Positions 9,580 through 18,610 of a DNA stretch of 64,000 nt are shown here, piece by piece (within the stretch, counting starts at the first letter, position 1; each line of letters starts with the position of its first letter). The stretch is taken from assembly GCA_013290025.1 (NCBI GenBank), contig JABCYV010000001.1:545-64544 (forward strand), written 5' to 3'. This stretch comes from Acidobacteriota bacterium. GTDB lineage: Bacteria > Acidobacteriota > Terriglobia > Terriglobales > Acidobacteriaceae. The notes beneath the pieces were generated by a model, which was not told the origin of the DNA, ran no database searches, and saw only the letters and a list, made by a program, of their open reading frames with translations. The position numbers and the translations under genes were made by a program.

Positions 9580-10317
9580 ATGACAAATGCGAACCGTGTA
9601 ACGATGATCCGTGTTCTGGCTTACGGGGTGCTGGTCCTTGCTGCAACTTCCTCGGCGCAGAATCGTCCGCCCATTCTCGAACAGATCGCCAAGACCTATG
9701 GCCTTGATTCGTACGGGAAAATTGAGGCGATTCGCTACAACTGGAACTTGGAAATCCCCGGAGTAGTCAAACTTGCTCACGCGTGGGAGTGGGAGCCCAA
9801 GACCGGCAAAGTCAGCTTCGAGAGTACGGATAAAGACGGTAAGCCGGTGAAGGTTACATATCTGCGCTCTCAACTCAGCACCCAGCCCGACGCCGTGAAG
9901 AACGAAGTTGAGCCGGCTTTCGTCAACGACAATTATTGGCTTCTGTTCCCGTTACATGCTTATTGGGACACCAGCGCAACCGTGGCCGATCAAGGTATGA
10001 AGAAACTGCCGATTGGCGCTGGCTCGGCCACGCTGGTCTCGGTGAAGTATCCCGCGGAAGCCGGCGGCTACACCCCCGGCGACACCTGGGAACTCTACGT
10101 CGGCAAAGACAACCGCGTCGAATACCTTGTCTTCCACCACGGCGGGACCAAGAAGCCGAGCCTCGTCAACGCAACCTGGGCAGGCTACAAAAAGGCGGGC
10201 CCACTGCTGATCTCAACCGAGCACCGCGGCACTGCCGATGGCAAGCCCCTGCACATCTGGTTGTCTGACGTGGCAGTTAAGGTGACGGGATCAGACACCT
10301 GGGTGGACGCGAAATAA
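9580..10317 (+). CDS. secreted hypothetical protein
   Basis: ATG 9580 is preceded by AAGGAG. Signal peptide MTNANRVTMIRVLAYGVLVLAATSSAQ. No family recognised. Confidence 0.7.
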   Translation: MTNANRVTMIRVLAYGVLVLAATSSAQNRPPILEQIAKTYGLDSYGKIEAIRYNWNLEIPGVVKLAHAWEWEPKTGKVSFESTDKDGKPVKVTYLRSQLSTQPDAVKNEVEPAFVNDNYWLLFPLHAYWDTSATVADQGMKKLPIGAGSATLVSVKYPAEAGGYTPGDTWELYVGKDNRVEYLVFHHGGTKKPSLVNATWAGYKKAGPLLISTEHRGTADGKPLHIWLSDVAVKVTGSDTWVDAK

Positions 10318-10352
10318 ACATCGGAAAGGTTCGCTTCTTCGATTGATGACAT

Positions 10353-10387
10353 GTGGCCCACTCAAGCCCGCCGTTGGCTTGAGTGGG
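10353..10387. repeat. REP-like hairpin, copy 2
   Basis: GTGGCCCACTCAAGCC-cgccgtt-GGCTTGAGTGGG. Confidence 0.85.
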
Positions 10388-10411
10388 ATCATCATCTCAC
10401 CATTTGCTAAA

Positions 10412-10855
10412 ATGCCTGCCGTGACAAGACGACTATTGATAGAATCGCTTTCCTCCTTGCCACTGCTTTCAGCAGCACTCCTGGCAGCCTCGCAACGCGC
10501 GGATGCTAAGCAAGCGGCAACCACGGTCTATGAGCTGCGTGTCTATCACGCAGCGACGGGAAAACTGGGAGAACTGCTGGCACGCTTCCGCGACCACACC
10601 ACTAAACTTTTCGAGAATCACGGAATGAGGATTATTGCTTACTGGACGCCGGTGGACGAACCCGAGAGGGACAATATGTTTATTTACATCCTTCAGCATC
10701 CCAGCCGCGAAGCCGCAACCGCCAACTGGAAGTCATTCCAGGACGATCCGGAGTGGAAGCGTGTCAAAGAAGAATCCGAAGCGAATGGCAAACTAGCAGA
10801 AAAAATTGATTCTACCTTTCTCGCCCTGACTGACTTCTCACCACGGTTGCGGTAA
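10412..10855 (+). CDS. NIPSNAP family protein with signal/Tat-like leader
   Basis: VYELRVYHAATGKLGELLARFRDHTTKLFENHGMRIIAYWTP is a classic NIPSNAP core. I chose ATG 10412 because the track start 10343 would translate the REP hairpin. Confidence 0.8.
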   Translation: MPAVTRRLLIESLSSLPLLSAALLAASQRADAKQAATTVYELRVYHAATGKLGELLARFRDHTTKLFENHGMRIIAYWTPVDEPERDNMFIYILQHPSREAATANWKSFQDDPEWKRVKEESEANGKLAEKIDSTFLALTDFSPRLR

Positions 10856-10868
10856 GAGGGATGAACAG

Positions 10869-10905
10869 GGTGGCCCACTCAAGCCCGCTTTTGGCTTGAG
10901 TGGGG
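10869..10905. repeat. REP-like hairpin, copy 3
   Basis: GGTGGCCCACTCAAGCC-cgctttt-GGCTTGAGTGGGG, immediately left of the RAYT remnant. Confidence 0.85.
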
Positions 10906-10913
10906 AGCAACAC

Positions 10914-11085
10914 TTCTGGCAAAAGCGCTATTACGATTTCAACATTCGAAACCATCCACAGTTTGTGGAAAAAGCTCCGCTACATTCGTCGGAATCCGGT
11001 CAGGGCCGGTTTCTGCCTTCGCCCCGAGGACTGGGATAGAACAGTTTCCGCCACTACATAACCGGCTGCGAGGGAGTTGTGCACG
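10914..11085 (+). pseudogene. remnant of REP-associated tyrosine transposase (RAYT, IS200/IS605-like), C-terminal part only, frameshifted
   Basis: Translates FWQKRYYDFNIRNHPQFVEKLRYIRRNPVRAGFCLRPEDWD, then shifts frame to NSFRHYITG. The N-terminal HUH/Tyr region is absent. Confidence 0.7.
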
Positions 11086-11160
11086 GCAGGGAGACTCTGT
11101 CGGACTGTGGAACTGTCATGATTAACTTCGCGCCCCACTGAAGTTTCCGCTCAGGGACGG

Positions 11161-11197
11161 CCTCACTCAAGCCAAAGACGGGCTTGAGTGGGCCACC
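11161..11197. repeat. REP-like hairpin, copy 4 (inverted relative to copies 1-3)
   Basis: CCTCACTCAAGCC-aaagacg-GGCTTGAGTGGGCCACC is the reverse complement of the consensus. Confidence 0.85.
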
Positions 11198-11215
11198 GGC
11201 CGGCCCGACGACACG

Positions 11216-12454
11216 TCAGCTAGTGGCCTTGAACTTCGCGACGATCGCCGTGATGTCGTCGTGTTGTTCCTGAAAACTGAATCGCCGAACACCATCCACG
11301 ATTGCGGTCAACAAAGCCTGGCACGGCAGGTCCCGATGTTGCTGAAGCGATTCAATCAGGCACCGCTCGCCAAATTCCTCTCCTCGCTCGTTACTGGCTT
11401 CGGTGATGCCATCAGTGTAAAGCGCAAGCACGTCCCCGGGAGAAAGCTCCTGTTCCCGCATCGAGCAAGTCCACTCTCTGAACAGCCCGAGCAGCGTGCT
11501 GGTGGACTCGAGCCGATCGACCCTGCCGTCGCTTCTTACCAAGAGACCTGACAAGTGGCCGCAATTGACGTAGCGCAGTCGCCGCGCCGCCTCGTCGTAA
11601 TCGGCAAAGAAAAGCGAGGCATAGGCACTGTCGCCGGTGTTGTCATAGAACAGGCGGTTCACAGACCGGAGCAACGCCTCGGGCTGTTCGAAGGCCAGCG
11701 CCGACTGGCTCCGCAGGCTAGCCTGCAAATTCGCCATCAGCAGAGCTGCGGCGATCCCCTTGCCGGAAACATCTCCAATGATCCACCCCAGCCGCTGCGG
11801 CCCGAGATTCAGGAAATCGAAATAATCCCCTCCCACCTGGCGCGCCTGCAGGCAGATACCCGCGTACTCGACCGTTTTCAGCTCCGGCTGAATCTGCGGA
11901 AACAACCGCGCCTGCACCTGCCGCGCTATTTCCAGTTCCTGGGCGGTGTGGCGTTCGGATTCGAGTTTCTCGGCGTGCGCCTGCCGGCGCAACTCCAGGC
12001 TTTGCCTCACTTCATCGAAGCCTTCCAGGCCAAACGCATTCCCGTCCGGATCCTCGAAACGCGCATAGGTGCCGCCCCACCCCGGCGTCTCCGGACCACT
12101 TAAGAAACGAACACCGCGTTCGCTCCATTCTTTGTACTTGGCGTGGACATCCTCGGTCATGAATAGGACCCAACGGTAACCGCCAATCAGTTTGTATTCC
12201 GGCGCGTCGGGCTTTGGTTCAACTAGCGCGAGATTCGCGCTACCGTCGGGAGGCGCCACTTCGATCCAGCGTTCGCCGGTAGGAAGGCGTTGTTCTGTGA
12301 GGAGTTCGAAGCCCAGCTGTTGCAGGTAGAACCGCTTACTCACTTCCAGATCGCGGACGAAAACGACGATGTCCTGGATCGACAGGTAGGATTCTTCACG
12401 GCCCGGGCGAAGCACGGTCCGGTTCGCCCACGCGAGAAAGGCGTCGCTGGCCAT
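11216..12454 (-). CDS. PP2C-family (SpoIIE-type) serine phosphatase with N-terminal glyoxalase/VOC domain
   Basis: N-terminal IQDIVVFVRDLEVSKRFYLQQLGFEL (VOC fold). C-terminal GGDYFDF, GDVSGKGIAAALLMANL and LYTDGITEA. Confidence 0.85.
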   Translation of the reverse strand: MASDAFLAWANRTVLRPGREESYLSIQDIVVFVRDLEVSKRFYLQQLGFELLTEQRLPTGERWIEVAPPDGSANLALVEPKPDAPEYKLIGGYRWVLFMTEDVHAKYKEWSERGVRFLSGPETPGWGGTYARFEDPDGNAFGLEGFDEVRQSLELRRQAHAEKLESERHTAQELEIARQVQARLFPQIQPELKTVEYAGICLQARQVGGDYFDFLNLGPQRLGWIIGDVSGKGIAAALLMANLQASLRSQSALAFEQPEALLRSVNRLFYDNTGDSAYASLFFADYDEAARRLRYVNCGHLSGLLVRSDGRVDRLESTSTLLGLFREWTCSMREQELSPGDVLALYTDGITEASNERGEEFGERCLIESLQQHRDLPCQALLTAIVDGVRRFSFQEQHDDITAIVAKFKATS

Positions 12455-12535
12455 CGGCGTGATTATAACGGGCCCGACTGTAAGTTCGTTGTCGGAACTA
12501 CAGGACTCTTAGTTCGCGAAGTGGTGCCAAACAGA

Positions 12536-13594
12536 CTACTTGGCGATCACTACGGTTGTGCAGGAACTGCTCAGCTTGGGCAAATCGCGATTTGCGGCCA
12601 TGCGGATCTCGAGTTGTGGGCGCTCGCCCCGAATGATCGGACAATAATAGTCAGGCTGGAGCAGTGCGCCTTGCAACCTGCGTCGTCCAGCACATCCACC
12701 ATGGCATGACTCCCGGAACTCGCAAGGCTGGCACGCGTCGGGAAGCGTGCGGGCTTGGTCGAAGGGCGCGGAGTCTAGAATATCGAGCCCCATCGAGATC
12801 AAATCCGACAGCGGCTCCCCCGATCCCGACCAATAAACGCAGGGCTGTGTCGTGGCGCGCGGCGTAACCCTCACGGTGCTTACGCCACAACCTCCCCGGA
12901 GCGGCGTGAGGCCCGCCATCGCTCGCACCAGCGGCTCGCCAATGGCGATCACGTCCGTTTCCGCAAAGAGACGCCGGAACCCCTCCCAATACTCTTCGTA
13001 GGACAACGCATAAATGTCGGATCGCACCGCTTGGTATACGTTCACACGCAGGGGAGCGTCAAACTGTTTGGCTACTAGCGCGACCTCCGCCAGACGCAAG
13101 TAGTTCGCCTTCATCATGACTGCGACGATGGTTACAGGCACGCCGAGCCTTACGCAACGTTCTGCTTGCCGGTGAATCAGCTCCCAATTGCCGTTTCCGC
13201 GCTGTGCATCCTGTTCCGCTTGCGTCGGGTAATCGAGAGAAAACTCAATATCGTGAAAGGCGCGCAACTCATTGTCCTCCAACACAGCAACACTGTGGCC
13301 GTTGGAAGTGATCGTAAGCTTGATGGGCTTTTTCCGCAGGTACGCCAGAATCGCTTTAAAGTCCGGATGCATGCCGTTCTCACCCGTGCCCAGATTCACC
13401 GAACGGATCGGCAGTCGTTCCATGACGGATTTCACCTGATCCAGAGAGAGGCGATCAGTGCGGGTTGGATCTCGGTAGCAGAAGGCGCAGGCAAGATTAC
13501 ATTCGTTGGTGAGCCCGAGTCCCAGCGCAATCGTGGCATCAGGCGCCCTCGCGCCCGATAGGATGGATGAAGATTTGCCGGCGACGTTATTCAT
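12536..13594 (-). CDS. radical SAM protein with C-terminal SPASM domain
   Basis: CNLACAFC (CX3CX2C) near the N-terminus. C-terminal GGCG...PC and CQPCEFRESCHGGCAGRR Cys cluster. ATG 13594 (MNNVAGK) is preceded by GGAGAA. Confidence 0.85.
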   Translation of the reverse strand: MNNVAGKSSSILSGARAPDATIALGLGLTNECNLACAFCYRDPTRTDRLSLDQVKSVMERLPIRSVNLGTGENGMHPDFKAILAYLRKKPIKLTITSNGHSVAVLEDNELRAFHDIEFSLDYPTQAEQDAQRGNGNWELIHRQAERCVRLGVPVTIVAVMMKANYLRLAEVALVAKQFDAPLRVNVYQAVRSDIYALSYEEYWEGFRRLFAETDVIAIGEPLVRAMAGLTPLRGGCGVSTVRVTPRATTQPCVYWSGSGEPLSDLISMGLDILDSAPFDQARTLPDACQPCEFRESCHGGCAGRRRLQGALLQPDYYCPIIRGERPQLEIRMAANRDLPKLSSSCTTVVIAK

Positions 13595-13614
13595 GGACCA
13601 TTCTCCATCAACCA

Positions 13615-14433
13615 TCAAGGCAAACGTGCGAAGCATTGTGTGTAGCGCGCGACTGCGGCATACTCTGGCCGGCTGCCCAGCTTGCGCTCCAGCTCAAGAA
13701 TCCGCTCATACTCGACGCTGCGAGAAATCCGCGACGGCAAATAATCCGCAAGGACGCGCACACCCCGCTCGGCAATCACCGTCAGCGACGCCGCTTTCAA
13801 CATAGCTTGCAGGCTGTCTGACGTAAATAGCCGTACCCAGCCTCCATACAAAGACTCTTGCCCCCACTCAGCGGTGAGGTTATTTTCCGCAGCCGCCAAA
13901 TCGCCCGCTTGGATAGCGGCCTTGAATACTTCGCCGGCCCGGTTCCGAACGAGAACTGACAGTATCGCTGCTGAATCCCGCAAAGTGCGGGCCGCGCCGC
14001 ACAACCCAGCAATCGGGTCGTCGAGATATTCCAGTACGTTGTGGCACAGAATTACGTCGAACGATGCACTGTGAAACAAGTCCGTCAACCGCGTAGCGTC
14101 CCCATGTTGCAGGACTACTTTGTCCGAAACTCCTGCTTCCTGTGCTGTGCGTTTCGCTATATCCAGCATCGCCGGAGACAAATCCAGCAGTGTAACCTGC
14201 ATGCCAAGCCGTGCCAGACGAACCGCCGTCGCTCCTGTGCCGCACCCGACGTCCAGCACACACAACGACTTCTCGGCCCGCGACCGCGGAAGAAAATCCT
14301 CCAGGTTGGCGAATGACAAGTCGGCGCGCAAGCGGCCCTCAGGTGTCTCAAGGTACGCGACATAATCCTGCGCACCATTCTGGAATCGTTCGTCGACGGC
14401 CATGGTGTTCATCTTTATGTGACGCTCATTCAT
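13615..14433 (-). CDS. class I SAM-dependent methyltransferase
   Basis: VLDVGCGTGATAVRLARLG motif I, and LLDLSPAML. Confidence 0.9.
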   Translation of the reverse strand: MNERHIKMNTMAVDERFQNGAQDYVAYLETPEGRLRADLSFANLEDFLPRSRAEKSLCVLDVGCGTGATAVRLARLGMQVTLLDLSPAMLDIAKRTAQEAGVSDKVVLQHGDATRLTDLFHSASFDVILCHNVLEYLDDPIAGLCGAARTLRDSAAILSVLVRNRAGEVFKAAIQAGDLAAAENNLTAEWGQESLYGGWVRLFTSDSLQAMLKAASLTVIAERGVRVLADYLPSRISRSVEYERILELERKLGSRPEYAAVARYTQCFARLP

Positions 14434-14608
14434 GCGACATTCAAGCGAGGCCGCTCCCCATCCAATCCCTCGTAAGAACCAATACCTAGATCAAGAGGAT
14501 AAGGATAGTCAAGCGAGGGAAGAAACTGTCCAGGCCAACAGCAAGCTGGTACAGATGGCAGTTCGGCCGGCATTCCCAGAGGCAAAATGAAAAGGCCACA
14601 GAAAACTA

Positions 14609-14629
14609 AGGCCCTCTCGCGGAGGGCCT
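14609..14629 (-). terminator. hairpin terminator downstream of the tRNA-Met 3' fragment
   Basis: AGGCCCTC-tcgcg-GAGGGCCT, a perfect 8-bp stem. On the minus strand it is followed by TAGTTTTCTG. Confidence 0.55.
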
Positions 14630-14647
14630 ATTTATGTGGGGTCAAAT

Positions 14648-14692
14648 TGGTTGCGGGGGGCGGATTTGAACCGCCGACCTTTGGGTTATGAG
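14648..14692 (-). other. orphan 3' half of tRNA-Met (CAT): anticodon loop to CCA only
   Basis: Minus strand reads CTCATAACCCAAAGGTCGGCGGTTCAAATCCGCCCCCCGCAACCA (anticodon loop, variable region, T-arm, acceptor 3' strand, CCA). Sequence 5' of it cannot form an acceptor, D or anticodon stem. Confidence 0.8.
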
Positions 14693-15134
14693 TGCAACCA
14701 TCAACAGAATCTAAAGACGATGCGCGGCGCAAAGAGTAACGCATTGTTCTCAAGAAGAGCGAACCGTAATCCTGGCTGCCCCTGTATTGCCCTCGTGAAT
14801 TGGTTTATATTCTGCGACCCTGTTACCGCCGTGAAAGAACCCGGTCAACGCGCGAAAAGTCCACTACAGGACGGAGGTTGGCGACTGCACGCGTCGAGAG
14901 TGGCTCTGTTCGCTGAGATCGCCGCGCGGCGCAGTGTCGCAGTTTAGACAAGTGACGCCCCGAGGCCTGTTCCCAACGCCGCTGCTGCAATTGAGAACGG
15001 ATCGAGCACGTGACTAGATCCCTTCTTGTCCTCGGCATTTGGTCCAACTCCGATTGTTCACCTAAGACACATTTGGAATTCGAATTGCTTCAGGTAGTGT
15101 CAGGATTTGTTGAAGACAAACCGATGGTGACGTC

Positions 15135-15542
15135 ATGGGAGTCCTCGTTCATTGCTCAAGTGTGTGCTACGCGGTCATACAGGCGTCCAGCAAAAAAGAT
15201 AGGCCTGAGCGATTGGTTATTGCCTATCACGATGAGAATTGCTTGCGCGATCTCATAGCTGCTCCAAGCATCATCGGGCTCGGCTTCGCGTCGCGCGAAG
15301 AAGCGATCGCGAACCTCGAAGGCCACATGTCAGACGCCCCTTCGAAACAAAAGCCTCGAATCACAGCAATGTTTCACGCGACTCATGAGAACGGTGACTT
15401 TCCGAGCCGGCACGGCCTCGTGAAGCATCGCAGAATCCCGCAAAGCATTCTGCAATCCGCTTTTGTGGCGGTCCTTGCCCTCTTCTACTCGAAGAACATA
15501 GTGTCCGTAATGATCCGCATGGCGCTAGGAGCTTCCTTTTAG
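15135..15542 (+). CDS. hypothetical protein
   Basis: 135-aa ORF in an AT-richer patch. No recognisable family. Confidence 0.3.
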   Translation: MGVLVHCSSVCYAVIQASSKKDRPERLVIAYHDENCLRDLIAAPSIIGLGFASREEAIANLEGHMSDAPSKQKPRITAMFHATHENGDFPSRHGLVKHRRIPQSILQSAFVAVLALFYSKNIVSVMIRMALGASF

Positions 15543-15613
15543 TTGTGTTGATCACCGATGCTTCAGGAAGATTAGCGGCAAGCGCGAGGTCAGAGCGCTT
15601 TCAAGAAGCTTGA

Positions 15614-15820
15614 ATGACAAACCGGAACAAGAAATCACGAATCACTGTCGCAGGTAGCCTTCCTGGTATGGTCTGCACACGGAAGCAAGCGAGCCATTTG
15701 CTGCAAGGCCTTCGGAAAGACTACCAGTTGCTTACACCGGAGGAGCGGAATCAAGTGAAGGGTTTTATATTGGGTTTCTATCCGAACGACAACCGCCGCG
15801 GTACAACCCCAACATGCTGA
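15614..15820 (+). CDS. hypothetical protein
   Basis: 68-aa ORF. No recognisable family. Confidence 0.25.
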   Translation: MTNRNKKSRITVAGSLPGMVCTRKQASHLLQGLRKDYQLLTPEERNQVKGFILGFYPNDNRRGTTPTC

Positions 15821-15870
15821 AATCGGAAGTGGAACATTGATCAAGCAGTTTCAGAAGAGTCTCATGGAAG

Positions 15871-16038
15871 ATGAAAAGATTGATAAAGAAGAAGTCTGGT
15901 CGGCTTCGCTACCTGGACCCTGACGAACGGGAGAAGGACAAAGAAGCCAATACAGCCACCATAATCGCAGTATTAGCTCTTCTGCTTATCGTTGGCAGTG
16001 TTTGGGTTTTACTTTGGTTTCGAGTAAGACAACCGTGA
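15871..16038 (+). CDS. small single-pass membrane protein (hypothetical)
   Basis: Found by hand because it is below the track cutoff. MKRLIKKKSGRLRYLDPDEREKDKEANTATIIAVLALLLIVGSVWVLLWFRVRQP: a basic N-terminus followed by one clear TM helix. Confidence 0.35.
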   Translation: MKRLIKKKSGRLRYLDPDEREKDKEANTATIIAVLALLLIVGSVWVLLWFRVRQP

Positions 16039-16107
16039 TGAAATTCACAAGGGATGGCGCGGAGATTAGCCGGGACCAAGGGGGACTGGATAAGGGGGCG
16101 GAGAACT

Positions 16108-17247
16108 TCAGTCTTTCTTGATGATAAATACTGTCTTGTCATCAATCTCGTCTTCTTCTCCAGTTTGGAGCAGATAGTCGTCTTTACTCACAGCGAATTC
16201 AAGCAAAGCATTGCAGATGTCTTTCGCTGACAACAGGCAGTGCTCGCGCACTACTGCTTCAAGTCTGCTGCGGTCTTGGGCATCGCTGCCATCGTATACC
16301 CCATCGGTGTAAAGGAAAAGAATGTCTCCGGGACTCATCAGTGTAATCTCGGCGACATCAGAGGTGCTTGCCCTCTGTCGGAATTGCAACGAAAAATACC
16401 GATTACGGTCTGGATGATCTTCAGGAATTTGCAGGCCTAACGCCAGGAATTGCGCCATCCGGCTCTTGTCGACATCCATGAACTTGCGGTACTCAGCCGA
16501 AAACACCAGAGGCGGCGGATGCCCAAAATTCACAAAACGAAAATGACCGTAAGGGCGCACTTCGCCATAGAGCATCGTCGCGATCTCACGACCGCTTTCG
16601 TCTTCACTTCTACCAAGCGCATTGCGTGCGGTCACCGATTGCGCCAATCGCAGATTCAGCTTCTCGAATAGCTCGGGGGTGGTTTTTCCGCGCCGGTCAA
16701 GTTCGGCGAGCATCAATGCATGAAATGTGTCGTGAACCGTTGACGCAATCTTGGCTGAGATGATGCCGTGCCCCTGGGCATCCACGAGTAGCACACCCGC
16801 GCTCGTGTAAAGCTCTTCCAAGTCCTCTGCCACCCGCACTTGTTCCGAACTCCGCGCCGCCCTGTATGCGGTTTCCATTTCGGATCTGAAGCCCGGTCTG
16901 GACTTTAACCATTCGACATGATCGTCAACCGAATTACGCGGAGGCTCATCTGCTCGTAACGGTTCAAGAAACTCCTTCGACAGTTTTACGGCCCGCTGGA
17001 TGCGAGCATCGATGTCATAGCGCTGCTGAAAATTTATGTACTCGAAAAGGTCTCCGCCGACGGTTCCCACAGGAATGGAATTCCCATACATCTCGATGCC
17101 AGGCAGATGCGGGATAGCCCCTTCAACGGGCATGAGCCGTTTGCGCAGATATTCATCGATTGTGAGCTGATTGTAGCCCGCAGCCGTCGAAAACTCGTGT
17201 TGCAGAGTTCCCTGAACTCCAGTTTTTTCTCGTGGTAGGGTCAACAT
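16108..17247 (-). CDS. PP2C-family (SpoIIE-type) phosphatase
   Basis: GGDLFEYINF, VDAQGHGIISAKIAS and LYTDGVYDG motifs. Confidence 0.8.
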   Translation of the reverse strand: MLTLPREKTGVQGTLQHEFSTAAGYNQLTIDEYLRKRLMPVEGAIPHLPGIEMYGNSIPVGTVGGDLFEYINFQQRYDIDARIQRAVKLSKEFLEPLRADEPPRNSVDDHVEWLKSRPGFRSEMETAYRAARSSEQVRVAEDLEELYTSAGVLLVDAQGHGIISAKIASTVHDTFHALMLAELDRRGKTTPELFEKLNLRLAQSVTARNALGRSEDESGREIATMLYGEVRPYGHFRFVNFGHPPPLVFSAEYRKFMDVDKSRMAQFLALGLQIPEDHPDRNRYFSLQFRQRASTSDVAEITLMSPGDILFLYTDGVYDGSDAQDRSRLEAVVREHCLLSAKDICNALLEFAVSKDDYLLQTGEEDEIDDKTVFIIKKD

Positions 17248-17260
17248 GCAAGAATATACC

Positions 17261-17863
17261 TCAGGGCTTCACCAGGTCGATCATCATCGAGCACCACTCC
17301 GCCACAGCTGTTTTGGCTTGCATCGAATCAACAATCAGTTCGATCAACAAGCGGCTGGATAGCCAGCTAGTTTGCGACATCACGTGGTCAGCTCTTAATG
17401 GTGCCGCGCCGAAATTGATAGCGAACCTTTTGCACCAGATCGAAACCGTCCGGTACTTCGACAAATCCAAATCAGCGCCCAAGGCGTAATTCTGGTCACC
17501 GATGTTCCCCTTGATTGTTCCCAGGTCGATGAAGGCAACGCGCTTCACAGTCTCGGTGTCTCTTGCATCTGCAGCCGCGACGAGGTAGACATGAACGTCG
17601 GGCCCGTTTGATGTTCTGAAGTTCGTGAAGCGAAGAATGCGACTCCCGTCCGCAAGGCGGTAGATGGCTGCGGTGCCTGTAGTCGGGTGCATTACCCCGG
17701 AGAAGGTCCCTGACTCAATTATTTCTGAGGACGAAGCGCCTGCCGCCGCTGGGAACGCTTCATTGATGTGTCGATTGACGACTAACCGCTCTGGCCGGAA
17801 TGCGTACCATGCGATAAACAGAGCGATTGCGATCGCGCAAAGCGTGAGTTTCCACTTATACAT
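17261..17863 (-). CDS. DM13 domain-containing membrane-anchored protein
   Basis: N-terminal TM helix. GTFSGVMHPTTGTAAIYRLADGSRILRFTNFRTSNGPDVHVYL...YRTVSIWCKRFAINFG matches the DM13 pattern. Confidence 0.75.
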   Translation of the reverse strand: MYKWKLTLCAIAIALFIAWYAFRPERLVVNRHINEAFPAAAGASSSEIIESGTFSGVMHPTTGTAAIYRLADGSRILRFTNFRTSNGPDVHVYLVAAADARDTETVKRVAFIDLGTIKGNIGDQNYALGADLDLSKYRTVSIWCKRFAINFGAAPLRADHVMSQTSWLSSRLLIELIVDSMQAKTAVAEWCSMMIDLVKP

Positions 17864-18610
17864 CTCGATGTCTCCTTCGAAATAAGAATTTTGGTCGCGC
17901 CAGCCGATTTCCGCCGTTCACCGGAGCAATCCGCCGTTCAAGCGGGAGATCACTCGTTACTCATTCCGGAATCCGTCTGAATAACCGCTGTAATGAGTTG
18001 CTCGATCACGATTGAGGCCTCTTAACAACGTGCTGTCTGGAACCAGATGTCATCATCTGCGCCATGAGAATTCAAGACAGAACCACCGTCCCAGGAGACG
18101 TTCATTCCACCGGATGAATGAGAGCACTAGCAGCCTGCGACTGCTCCCGTCGGACTTGCATGCTGCCGAACTGTAGTGCTTGAGTCGGATGCCGCAATCA
18201 AAGCTCTTACGATGAAGGTCACATGCACCCCTTTGCTTGGCAACTTATGCCATCGTTAATCATCAGTCTTGTAAGCTTGTCTGCTTCGATCACGTCAGCA
18301 ATTGATGTGCAACTGCTGTTCCAACCCTTGAAGCCTAGGGAGGCGTTCAGCCCTGCGTCGTTGTACCAGTGGATTCAACATCGTGAGAACGGCCTCTCAG
18401 GAATTACAATGACGCTCTCGGTGAGCTTCGGCTGTGCTCGTTGAGATAGAGACACCGTGACGCTATTTCGACAGCACTCGTCTCGAGAGCATGCCGGAAG
18501 TGGGCAGTTCTTTCATTCTGTGACGACATTGATTGGAACCTCGATTGCTGTTTTTTTCGACGGTTCGGAACGCAGCATCAAACTACGTCAATCGTTGAGT
18601 AGGAGATCCT

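Noticed and set aside
4368-11197. REP hairpins as a CRISPR-like array
   Set aside because: The copies are kilobases apart, are palindromic with variable loops, and have no regular spacers. No cas genes are present.
14636-14947. Possibility of an intact tRNA-Met gene (and a 103-aa plus-strand ORF over it)
   Set aside because: Only the anticodon loop to CCA is tRNA-like. No TGCGGGG acceptor 5' strand, D-arm or paired anticodon stem exists within 150 nt. The plus-strand ORF merely translates the tRNA fragment.
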